In this document: piece after piece, positions 29,051 to 41,444 of the stretch
Numbering within the stretch: the stretch's first letter is position 1
Layout: every line of letters begins with the position of its first letter
DNA from: Balanoglossus misakiensis
Taxonomy: Eukaryota > Animalia > Hemichordata
Reading direction: 5' to 3'
DNA length: 64,000 nt
Assembly (NCBI GenBank): GCA_040954595.2
Contig: CM082586.2
Coordinates: 2,423,124 to 2,487,123, forward strand
Notes under the pieces: generated by a model
What the model was told of the DNA's origin: nothing
The model's input: only the letters and a program-made list of their open reading frames with translations
Database searches by the model: none
Translations under genes and position numbers: made by a program

Positions 29051-31190
29051 CCTGTTCCCATGGTCCCATCTTAGAAATACTATTTGTCGAAATTCGAGGA
29101 ACGTGCTTCCCTTGAGAATTTCTATTATACTTCGGTCCTTTCATATAAAAGGCGATGGCAACATTCGCAGAAACAGACCATGGGCATAGACCAGAATTTG
29201 GGAACAAAACGAAAGAAAGTTGAAACGTTTCTTTTTTTTTACACGATGAATGATGAAGGCCTACATCCGATCCATACACGCTAAACATAAAATCATTTCA
29301 GCGCCTATGTACATGTACATCACTCAGTACATGTATGTATGTAAGCCTATGCGTGTGTCACAAACGACAAACCCCTTCCCCGTATTACAATCAAACGTCT
29401 CCACGATTACATTGTGTAACATGTTTACATATAAATAGATGGCATGATTTCCGGTGTACCTTGTCAACTGATATCCGATCCTTATGCAACACACCACCCC
29501 CCCTTACGTGAGATTCTCGGAAAGACCACACAATTCAAAAGTCCGTAATAAAAATTGAGAAGTCTGTTGTCAAAATGAAACCCTAAATGAAATAGCTGAC
29601 ACGGACAGGAAATTTGTGGAATATATCTGCACTTTTATGTCGAGGTTTCAGACCGGGGTTTCAGAAGTTTGGGCCAAGGTCCAGAGGTACGTCAGATTGT
29701 GGTCTGCGGTTTTGCTTCCGTGAAGAAAGACAGATTGGGTCTGTTGGTCGGAAAATCTACTGAAAATGACGAATACGAGTCCTCGTCAAACAGAGACAAG
29801 ATTTCAGTCCACCATTTATAATAAGATTTATAAAAAACAGTTCGGTGAATAATTCATGCGTAATAAAGATGATACGTTTAATCAGACATCGATCGGGCGA
29901 TCTCATAGATGTCGCCGGGTCGGAACTTATCTGAAAACTCCCCACAATAGCGTCATTCAGACTTTTGGAAATAAAACTAACATTGCGCAGTTGCCAGGGA
30001 TACAGGCCTCATAAATAGGTGATGACAGAATCCGAGAATTAAGTTTATTTGTTTATCGCAGTATTACTTTACGCGCTCGTAAACCTCTGACATGTTTGGC
30101 AAATGTACCTCCGTATAATTCGGCCCCGAAAAGGAAAATTTGTACTTGCAGTCAATCATTTCCAAAGCAAACTAGGCTTATTAATATGGACTTAAGTCCC
30201 TCAGTGGACTGTGCTCTGGCAAAAACTGATGAAGAGCCATTTGGCGATGATGTCACCAAACATTTCTCGTTGCCGGGCAACCGCTCACAAGCAAAAACTG
30301 TTAAGATGACCACGTGGGAATAGACTTACGTGATGCGGCCAACAGGGAAAATGTAAATTATCGTCAGAAAATATGCATGATTATTCAGGTTTCCCACACC
30401 AGAGGAACATTGGAGACATTGACCACTTCATGATTAATTTATCTTGGCCATGAACTGTAATAGAAGGTGACCTTATTCAGGTATGGATAGGGTGATCATT
30501 TTACGAGGGTGTGTCCGGGGGGTGTATACATTATGCACGTTTTGCTCCAGAATCCCAATCAGCTGTTTCACTGAGATTGTAATCAAAATGTACCTTCATA
30601 TCTGATAATCATTTATTTTCAGTCCATGCTGATTGCACTCGGTGAAAACAAATATCAGTCGATTGACTAAAGGAAAGGAAACGAATGCTAAGGTCCAACT
30701 AGCAAGGTATGAAAAGTCATTCTTGCCACGATCAGTGAACGCCTTCAACAAACGCACCCGGTGTTCTTCGATGTCGCTGCGTCGCATTTGACCCGAGGTC
30801 TTCAGTGCAAACAAATCCATGCCAATCACGTTTGCCTTTATCGTAAATTATGGCCGTGTCTTTGAAATAAAAGAATTTACAATTCGTCAGACTTCTTGCC
30901 GCCGTTAAAGTGATTAACCCCTCGGCAGAGAAAATCGACAAAAGTAGTCCTGCGACTGGTCACTCCCAAGACGATGCGCGCACTGATACACATATCCAGT
31001 TTCTTCCGAAGATGAAAGTGACAATCACATGTATGGCCCACACGCGTCGACCAAAGACTTGATGGCGATGGCATTTTAACAAGATTTTAATTAATTAAAC
31101 CTTTGCCATTATACCCGTGGGTATGGTCCGGAACGTATAAGTCGGATTCTATCTGCAACAGTGTCAGTATTCTGGGTGTTTGTGATCTTT

Positions 31191-31191
<1 letters not shown>

Positions 31192-31270
<79 letters not shown>
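31192..31270. repeat. Compound (CT)n(AC)n microsatellite
   Basis: Directly visible; it generates the LSLS/ERER ORF artefacts. Confidence 0.97.
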
Positions 31271-34023
31271 TAGCCAAAAGTCCCATACAGCAAGGCACCG
31301 AGCAATCCAAGTTTCCGTATTCTCTGTTTATCAACAAGCACCACCCCGCACCACTCACCGACCAGGCGACGAAAGACAACACCCAGACACTTATTCGACG
31401 AAAGACGTCATTCACACACTCTTTCGAAGCGAGTATCTGCATGTCACACTTTCTCAAATTGTCCATTCGACGATTACGCTGACCCGAATGACAGTCATGA
31501 AACTTTTAATGGCGACATTTTGACTGTCTCTACGTGTTTCGAAGCGGAAGAACATAAAATAGTAATGTTTCCAAATATTGTAATTCAAACACGAAATATT
31601 ATCCAAGGATATAGCCCATAAATACAATAATTGGCGGGTGAAAGTTTTAATGGAAGTTGCCACGTACGTTTTATGAAACATTCGGGATGTTATGGTTATA
31701 TGACGCACAAATATGTTGCTGTGGTAACCCAGGATATCAGATATGCAAATGTTAGTTACCACGGCAACATATCGATAACGGAATTATGCACCGGTATTCC
31801 TAAGGAAATGCTCCGGCCGTGGTAGCTTTTTAAACCCCGGTACTGTAACAACAAGAGACTGCTTTGACGAGTATCAGAGCACATACTGGCTGTACCACGC
31901 TGTGTTGTAATCAGTAATACGTACAACACAGATAAATATAGATTGATCTGGTGGTATCGGTTTAATATCCTTTCAGGCCATGGGGAAAACTTCTGTACGT
32001 TTGCTATCTCTGGTATGTCCGAAAGGGAAAACAACGCCCTCAAAACAAGTTATTCTGTTTGCTAAACACACTTTCAGGACGATACGTAAATTGGAGCAAC
32101 ACTGCAGGGTGAAGGTCGGATTATCCCAACATTAAAACTTGGGAAAAAAGGAACTGACCAAGGACTTCAGTGGGTCTGGATGCGCAAAAAGGGACGATGG
32201 ATATCTAATGGAACATACATGTACATGTACTAGTATTAGGTATTTATCAGTCGGTCGTTGATGAAAGGGGCGTGAAACTTAGGTATCCCGCGACCAGATC
32301 ATTATTGCTATTTTGTATAATTCTCGATGAAGAAATATGACTGTTTTCTGTCAATATTATCCAAATGGGTATAAACTGGTGCAGTGTAGCGTGACATTTA
32401 TCAAATCAAATAATCGAAGTGGTGTACACTTCAGGGATATGTGACTTCGAATTGGTCTTCTGTATTTCAAACAACAGACCCCATATCGAGATGACATCTA
32501 ACCTCTCCATCACCTCGGCAATGATCGGACGCATCATGGTGTGTTGTTGCAGGACTTGAGACGAAAGTTTATCATGAATACATGATGTATATTATGTCAT
32601 GAATAGGACATGAAGCCATGTTTCATGGCTAGAATTTCATCGCTGCTTGAACCGTTTTTCTTTTAAAAATATCCGCGGTTCAGTTACCCAGGCAACAGTA
32701 ATCAAATTATCTGACCGATCTTCCAAGAGACCTAGAAACGGTCGCCCCTAGGCAGAACACCGGCAGGAAAGTGTGAATGACCGACACAAAATCTAGAGCT
32801 CACACAACCAGACAGGAATCGATGTAATGGTAGCCCTTTCGGTAAACAATATCCAGGTCTCATGTAGCGTTCAAAGGTTTAATTCCCAAAAATGCCTGTG
32901 AAGACGCACGTAGCAGCGGTCAATACACCGTTGGTGAAATTCGATGCGTTTGACACACCGTACCGCGTCCCCGGTGCTACTGGGCATTTGTACTCACCTA
33001 TAGGACTTGTAGGTGATATATTTTCAGAAAACGACATTCCTCCAAACATTTCAATGTTTTCAAATGTTGAAAGATTCGAAGTTTGGCAGAAAAGTAGGTG
33101 GGGGTTGCGGCTTTACAAGTACATGCCACATTTCTTTTCTTCCTGTAAAATATTTATTACAAAACTTGAACAGTGTTATGTACAGGCAAATATACAGAGT
33201 ACAAAATAGAGAAAGTAACAAAATTCATTTTCTTAAACTTTGTTCATATCTTGAGAGAATTGGGCTTGAAACTACAGGGAAAACATCTATCTCTACCGAA
33301 CTGGCAAGTATCACGTGATCTGGAGAAAGCTGTTGTGCGCCACCAGGCGGACAATCGTAAAAACCTTTGTTTTCCCCTCTCCAAGAAATGTTGTAGAAAG
33401 TTGAATAAAGAAAACAGCGCGTTTTCTATAAGAATAACAAAACTACAGGCACATTCTCAACAATCAACAGTTGCTATTGGACAATTGCTAATTTCGTTTA
33501 GTATGTGGGGGCTCAGCAGTTTTCCAGAATAGTGGACGGATAAAAATATAATCTCATTCAGCTGGCAAAAATGTGAAACGAAGTTCTTACTTACAACACC
33601 AGTGTCTTTCACATGTCATACGTTAAAGCAAAAATTACAGAAAGTCTAATCGGCATAACATTGACATTATGACTTGCTTTGGTACTGTTCTGTAATACAA
33701 ATATGAAACCATCATATGTACATGGATACCTACTGCTAAAAGAAAAGAAGTTTGCTATTAGCACCAACCTTGGTATTCACCAAATTGAACCATTGTAGAA
33801 ATATATACAGTGCACGATCTGAGATAAGTAAACAATCTCATAATACTACTCTAACTAGTACCTCATATTTTGCTTTCAGTGTGTAGGAAAACAAAGACCA
33901 CACAGTTGGCAAAACCTGGCTTCGTTTCATCAGAACTGAATAATCATTTTAAAAAATCAACTGTACAGAATAAATAGACTACTCACGGAAAATTGAGCTC
34001 TGCAGAGAGCATGTACATTCAAA

Positions 34024-34060
34024 CACAGTCCCTCAAGAAAGTCTTTCTTGAGGGACTGTG
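34024..34060. repeat. Perfect 18-bp inverted repeat with a 1-nt spacer
   Basis: CACAGTCCCTCAAGAAAG-T-CTTTCTTGAGGGACTGTG. Confidence 0.95.
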
Positions 34061-34449
34061 ATTCAAATTGGTAGAATTGTTTGGTTCCCTCTCCAAAAAG
34101 ATTCAGATTACTTCATGGTGTCATCTTCTGGAAAAATTCATGCTAATCATAGTGTCTCGTCTAGCAACGGTGGACGGAAAAAATTGTACAGAATATGAGG
34201 TAAGTTTATTTTGTAGCAGTATTGTATCTGGAGGCTCAACACAGTAATCATTTGATCTCCTATGAACTGGTCAAACAAGATTGACAGTTGTCAGTTATCA
34301 TCTTCTCTCTCTCTCTCTCACTTTCCTGTCTGATAAACCATATTTGGAGTTGCTCATTAGCATAAATTTACATCTAATGAAAATGTAGAACATGAAGCAA
34401 ACACTCCAGCCAATGAGATCCTTGGAAATCTGTGTCTTTCATTTCTCAA

Positions 34450-34506
34450 TCATTCGTATTTACTCTGTACACTTCTCTTGTCCGTCTCTTTCCGTTTGAC
34501 TTCAGC
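34450..34506 (-). CDS. Candidate CCP terminal coding exon ([18 protein letters not shown])
   Basis: Pyrimidine-rich acceptor ...cttgcag|GCT in phase 0; AATAAA on the minus strand at 34205-34210. Confidence 0.5.
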   Translation of the reverse strand, partial: AEVKRKETDKRSVQSKYE

Positions 34507-37500
34507 CTGCAAGTAGTGGTGATGGTAAAAGGAGAAAAAAGAGAATAAAAAGATGATATATAAGTTTCGTTCCTTGAATAAAATCTGTGTGACACTTGAA
34601 ATCTAATTTCTTGTGTGTATATAGTCCTTTGAAATTACTTGTATTCCTGTCATCTACACATACGGCAGATGTAGCAAAGAATATATCAAAAATTGGGCCA
34701 AACGATGAATTCAAAGCTTTGTACTACACATGCAGGTGTAAATCCACAAAAAGTGCAGAGACATGCAAACAAATCACTGCACATCAACAAAAGTTCCCAA
34801 GATAGTCACAGTTCCATCAGTGCACATCGCCAACAATTATAAACCCTTGGAAAACAGTGCAGCTATATTTCTGGATAAATGAACAGCCAACTGTGTGGAT
34901 ATGTAAATGGCACAGGGAATGTTGTGAAGGATAACTGTAGTAGGTAGGTTAGCCAACTAGTAGATAGACTGGAAGTTGGTCTGGCGCCATCACTGGTAAA
35001 ATTCTCACAATGTTTGCTTTTCAAGAAAGCCAAGTTTCCAATGTAAGAGTACCCTTTTTCTGTCTCAGCAACAGAGAAGAAACTCATGAAAAATCTCACA
35101 TTGACTTGAAACCATGCCTATCCCCCAGAAACCTTTTCTTTCACACCAGTGTGAATGCAACAACCTTAAAAAGCCACAGCAGAAACAACATGGATTTTAG
35201 TTTTCAATCTGAAGCCAGCACACACTGTTATCGCTAAAGAAACTCAAACGTTTGCGTCAACACGTGACTTGGCCACTGCAAACTGCATTAGTGTCAACAA
35301 GGCCATGTGCTTTTCTTTGTGAAACAGCCGAACCAACCGCAGTACACTGACATGCTGGTGAGTTGACCTCAGATTGAACTTACCAAACCTTGGCTGTGTC
35401 TCCAGAACTCGGCCAAATCGGACAAGACGTTGGAGAGCCTAGCGTGGCCGTGCCGAGCGGGTGGCGGTGACGGGACGAAAATTCGAGGCAACGGGAACAG
35501 AGGTGGAAGTGCGTGAATCAAGGGTGATGGCGGTGGTGCAGGTGGTGGTGGCTGGCAACTTACCATGACCTGGTTGTGCATCCGCAACCTCTCGAGTAAG
35601 ACGTCTGTGTAAGCTGGGGTTAGTTGGTTACTGGCGGGCATTTCTACAACAGGGCCTTCAGATCGCTTTGTCAGAGGTTTAGTGGAAGTTTCTTCGGCGG
35701 GAGGGTGGCGGAGTGATGGTGTATCAGTGGGATGGGTTTTCTGCACATGGAGAAATAAAAAGGAATATTTGAAGACAGTGACAGAAACTACAGAATTCTA
35801 AACCTAGCTCATTATTAACCCCTTCATAACAAGGTGCGACCAAAATGCACGAAAACAAATAAAACTTTTTTTGATCTTTATTATGATTTTTTTTGGAAAG
35901 ACTGAATTTATGAAAGCCCCCTGGCATTACCCTACACCACAATTAGTCTGAGAACCATGACAAAAATTAGTGAAAATTGTGATTTTTGCTCAGAAAGGCA
36001 AAATGTGCTTGAGGTGGATGGTCCAACATTGAAGGGATTATTAATCAGATTCTAACAGTGTAGGCTTTGCATTTCAACTTTTTTCTGCTCTTCTCATGCA
36101 ATCTTGCTAAACAAACGAAACTGGCTTTATTGACCCTTTTTCTTTTAATTTCAGTTTAGATTATTACACTTATGATGCAAAACGTATGACAGTGAAATAT
36201 GGAGACATTGAAGAGCGCCCCCAAGAGTTGAAATGGACAATGCCTGCAAGAAGTTGAAGGGAAACCTAGTAGGGTATTAATACATTAGAATTGTTGTGTT
36301 ATTGGTTTGTTTATTAAAGACACAAAAGTCTGTTTCAAATGTCCTGTGAATTTCTTTACCTTGCCGCTAACTGAAGAAGATTTGCTCAAGACCAGAAAGG
36401 GAGTTTCACGTAAAGTCGTGGCATTGGAATTAGCAATTTTCCACTGTAGTCATGAAGAAAATCATTGGCAAATTAAATAAATTGATAAAATAAGCAAAAT
36501 AAGCAGAAAAATAAACTTTTGCAAATCTGCACACTGTAAAAAAGAGGCAAAACTGAGTTTAATATGCAAATGAGGTGAGTAGTTTGCACTCTTTTTTTAG
36601 CAAAGAAATGTTTTCTTGAACTTTGTCGGGAGGCGGAGACGTTGATCAGAATTCTCTTGGGTTATGGACTGATTAAACCGTATGAACTGTTGAGAGAAGA
36701 ATTACGAGGTAACTGCACCACTGAACTGGAGGAAAATTGGCTCTTGAAGAAAAAAAATTAGATAATGAAAATATGATCAATACAGACTGGCTGTTTCGAC
36801 AACCTTTAGCATGAAACAGTATTTTACAGAAACCACTGTTATCATGACCCAACCAGATACACCCTCAAAGTACCCTCAATCTTTCTGACATGAATGATTG
36901 GCTTGTTTCTCTCGGTTTGCCAACCACAAGAATTCTCACCTTTGTACTTGAGAAGCCGTTTTCACTGTGTGTCGGTTTGGCTGGCCTCTGCACAGCAGTG
37001 GAACTGAAAACGTCTGCACTGACCGGTTTTCTCATCTGGTACTGACCGTTCCCCTGTCCGGCCCCTGTCCTCAGAAACACATTATTGTGCGTGGCCATCG
37101 ATGAGTACGACTCGCTCTTAATCTGGCTCCTGAGGTACGCCTTAGCTTTGTTTAGATCCATGCTCTTCTCTTGGAAAAATCCACCGCGTTTCGGTGGGAA
37201 ATACCTTGCCTGGGGTGAGTTGTTTCCGCTGCCGGAACTTACACTGTGTCCTCCTGAAGTCAGCGCGTAGGGACTGCGAATGGTGGCCTTGAGATGAAGT
37301 TTCGATGACGGCGAGGAGCCGTGTTTACAAGCCTCTTCATCCTCATCACTGCTACCAACTAGTTCTGCTGTGTACTCGTATGTGATTGGTAGACCTCGGT
37401 TTGGATTCTGAGCTGCAGTGAACAAAATTCGACAGTGACATTCAGTTTTATGCCAAGGTTTTTCATTATCTCGGAAAAAAATATCATACTCTCAAGCAGA

Positions 37501-40500
37501 GCAACTCCATTTTAAAAAAGTCACATGCATAATGAGAAAATGCAAAAATACTTTCACAAAAGATATGTTGGGCTTCTCTGTGTTCTACCAGTATGGTTAG
37601 TATCCCAAGCTCTCAATAAACTTGGTGCAATCAACAACAAAAAGGAGAAAAAACCCACAATATCACACAAACCTGCATGTGTGTAGCCATGTTTGAAAGA
37701 CACCAGGGCACCATGGTTATTGGCCGAATCATCCAACTTGTACCTCCGACTACTCTCTTCTTCTTGCTGCAAAGATCTCGTCAGCGCCAGAATTCTCTGC
37801 AGTTGAACCTCATCCGAGAACTGGAAGAGGAAAAACACGGATATGCAAGTGATAACAATGGGAGAGCAGAAAGTGATGAAGTTCCCGGCCATCACCAAAG
37901 ATGGTCCTCATAGTCTGATATGCCACATCTGGGCATCATGGTACCTATGCCATAAAGAACTGCAACCATAGACAATATCATGCCAACCATTGACATATCC
38001 ATTCATGGCAATTTTGCTGAATCGCAGAGATTGCAAAACATTGGCTTTTGAGAAATAAAATGTTAGAATTCTTTACAGTGGGCAGGGATATTAATGTGAG
38101 GTATGTGCAACAAAATTGCAGCCTGTGGCTTATTCTAAGCAGTTCTACCAGTGAATATATAGTATGCTCTACCAGTTCTGCATGTGTTTGTACTACACAT
38201 AGTACGGTACAAGACCAGTGTTATAACTAGAGTAGTAAGCCCTGTGTTCCACAGTTTAGAAGTTTGGTGTTATTTTATTAAAAGGCCAGAGGGAGAGTGG
38301 CTATTAAATCTAATCTAATCTAAGAGCCTCAGTGCGGCTACGATTTGCAAAACGCCAGTCTATCACTGCCACGTTTTGTCCTATCCTACTCTAATGGGAG
38401 AAACAACGGACATACCCTTACACCAGATGCTTCTCTGTCTGCTCTGTCAGCCACCAGTCGCTTCATTTCTTCTGTTCTCTGTTGGCAGAGGAAGAGAGTC
38501 ATATTTAATGTGGGATAGGAAAATGTGTTTGGTATAGACAAGTTTCCAGCTTAGACAGAGTTCAGATTAGACAGGTTTTACTGTACTGAATAAGAAGAGA
38601 AGAGTCACCTTTGCAGCCCTCTCTTCAATTCTCTCCTGTGAGAACATCGGGATGCCGTTATTACTACGGCTCTGATAGCGATTCACGAAACCCGGATACT
38701 TCTTGGCGTTGACACATTTACCAAATGTTCCAGTCTGCAAATGAAATACAATACAAATGAAATTCACTGACTATGTCAATGAATGAGAAAGCTGTACAGC
38801 TGAAAAAGAGCGAATGAGAGAAAATATTCATGAATTATAAAATATGTTTTCGCACCCCTGAACAAATACAACACTTTCTTTTACCTTTTCACAAATAAGT
38901 ACACATACTCTAGAACACACATGATCTGATGTATGTTTCACATGTTTTCTGTCAGAATCAAAGTTGAGATTAACTCTTTGAACGCCACAAAATTCAAAAG
39001 TTTACATCAAACATAATGAAAGAGCTTTCTGTACATGTAGAGCTCATAGTTTACTGTTACCACAAAAGTGTGTTTCCTGCTTTTTATTGCTCATTTTTTA
39101 TCTAGGCAAAAAACAAGTAGACTGCAGAGTGTTACATGTACACACACATTAGAAGTCACACTGACATCATGGAAGAAAGGTGGAAAAAACACACCACAAC
39201 AGGTCAAGAACACACAAGAATGGCTTAGTTTGTTATCCTGAGAATTCCAAGTCTCTGGGACCGGCAATTAAGTTGTGCAGAGTTTTATTATAAAAAGAAA
39301 CACACAAGATGGCTGTCAGCAACATTGTCAATATTACGAATAGGAAATTAGAAGAACACACACAACACATGCACAAAATAAATACTAGTGACAACAGTGT
39401 GAGAATTAGAAACATCAAACGTGTCATGACACAGGCTGTGCTCGGATTGTCGACTGCTGGACTGCAAAGTCAGGCAAGTATATGGCAAGTCGATCCACAT
39501 CATGTTATTGCCCCCCTTGTGATCTAGATGACATCATTTTGAAGTTTTCTTCTGAGCTGAGGTTACAAGGTTAACACCATGGCAACATGGAGATTTCACA
39601 AACCAAGTAATGCTGGGTTTTATAACTGATTACAGTCTGTTGTGACTTATTCCTAAACTGCTGTGGTTCCACGCATGACGTTTGAGAAGAAAACAATGCT
39701 CAGCACGCAAAAATGTCAGTTATGAAAAGCTCCAACAGAGAGTTTAAAGCAATGTTTTCTTTCACACAGGGAGTGTATGCTTACCAGAATAACATTGCAA
39801 TGGTTGCAAATGGAGTGATGAAGGAAAATTCACAAGTTAATAAAAAGATTTGGTTAAAAAATTCAAAAATGTAAAAATTTACAGAGTACTAAAACTCCCT
39901 TGCTAATACAAAGGATTTCTGTTTACAGTTGATTTGAAAATTTAATATTATTACTTTGAATTACTTCAGAAGTTACTCATATGATGAAAATTTTGGCAAA
40001 AGAATAGAAAAGGTAATACAAATAAAGACTTTGAACCTTTAAATATAAATTAGCTAGTCCAATCACTTATACATGTTAGATTCTAATTAGTTGATATTGG
40101 AACTTCATCTGAGTCTAGCTGGCCAATTATTAAGTGTTATTATCTATCTGATGTTTTGTGTGGTTGGGTTCTGCATATTGTTTGCTGTATGTTCACATTT
40201 TGTCAACCTTATCTATGCATCGATCTACCCGGCTACCTACCTGTCATCAATATCTATCTGTCTCTGTCTGTCTGTCCATCTCAGTCTGTTCACGTTTTCA
40301 TAATGTTTACCTACCTGTCATGTCATACTATCACTTATCAATATGACTGTCTCTGTGTCTGACTGTCTGTGTTGGTCTGAATGTTTGTCCGTCTGTCCAT
40401 TCACATCTGTCCGTGTTTGTCTCTCTATATCTTGTGTCCATCTGCAACTCATCTGTCTCTCTGTCACTCACTGTCTCAGACACATTGTGTATCAGACAAT

Positions 40501-41393
40501 CTATCTGCCATCCTTCCAATCTATCAAGATTCTAACAACTACTTCTAAGCTGTACAACATCACATGACTAACACTACCATTCACAGTGCAGAGTGCATGT
40601 GCTCAACATGCGTGTGCGAAATGCGTCATATAAACTAAGACAAAAAAAAGACGTGCTAAACAAGGTACTCTACGTGTAAGTGCGGGACGTCCTTCAGGAT
40701 GTGCTCGTGCCTAGGCCTATCCCAGAAATCCTTGCTCTCAGTGCGAATGATTTCGTGAATATTGGTCTCCTCGGGCAGCTCTATCAGCTGACCCTGTAAG
40801 AGGCGGACATCGGTAGGCTGGGGCTCGGGGGGAGGAGGAGGTGGTGCTTGTGCCCGGGCGATATTCTTTTCCCGCTCCCTCATGAGATACTGTGCAACGT
40901 TGAAGGGCCTTACGTCCAGCCGGAAGTTAGTCGGTGCCGGATTGAAATCCCGCTTGGGCATGGGTGCTGCGCCGGTGCTGCAGCTGCTGCCCTCTACGCT
41001 GGGGAAGGGCTCGAAGTTTTTCAGCTCCACCAACCGATACTCCTGTATCGGGGCCTCCGCTCGCAGTCGTAACTGTTGCCGCAGATGATCAGAGTGTGGG
41101 GGCTGCAGTGCAATCCTTAAATGCTGCACAGCCAAAGTTAATAATACAACAGAAATTGCAGAGATGGTTATGACTTTTTTCTTCTTCTTTTTTGAGATGA
41201 AGAAAGGTGGGTTAATTAAGCGAGTGTGTGGGTTAGTAACAATTACACAGAGCAGTGGGAGGAGACATAATACTCGACATTTTGACAAAACTGGTGTCTC
41301 ACCGTGGCCGAAAGTAACTGCTCACATGTGAAAAAAGCCAAAAAAATGTTGCATGCAGAAGATATTATGTAGTCAGTAATGAATGGAAGCAAT

Positions 41394-41444
<51 letters not shown>

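Noticed and set aside
31161-31523. ORFs with LSLSLS/ERERER/THTH runs
   Set aside because: Translation artefacts of the (CT)n(AC)n microsatellite.
34863-35099. 78-aa minus-strand ORF as the CCP terminal exon
   Set aside because: The in-frame acceptor would be a poor GAG; the nearby CAG gives only 12 codons. Not excluded, but weaker than 34450-34506.
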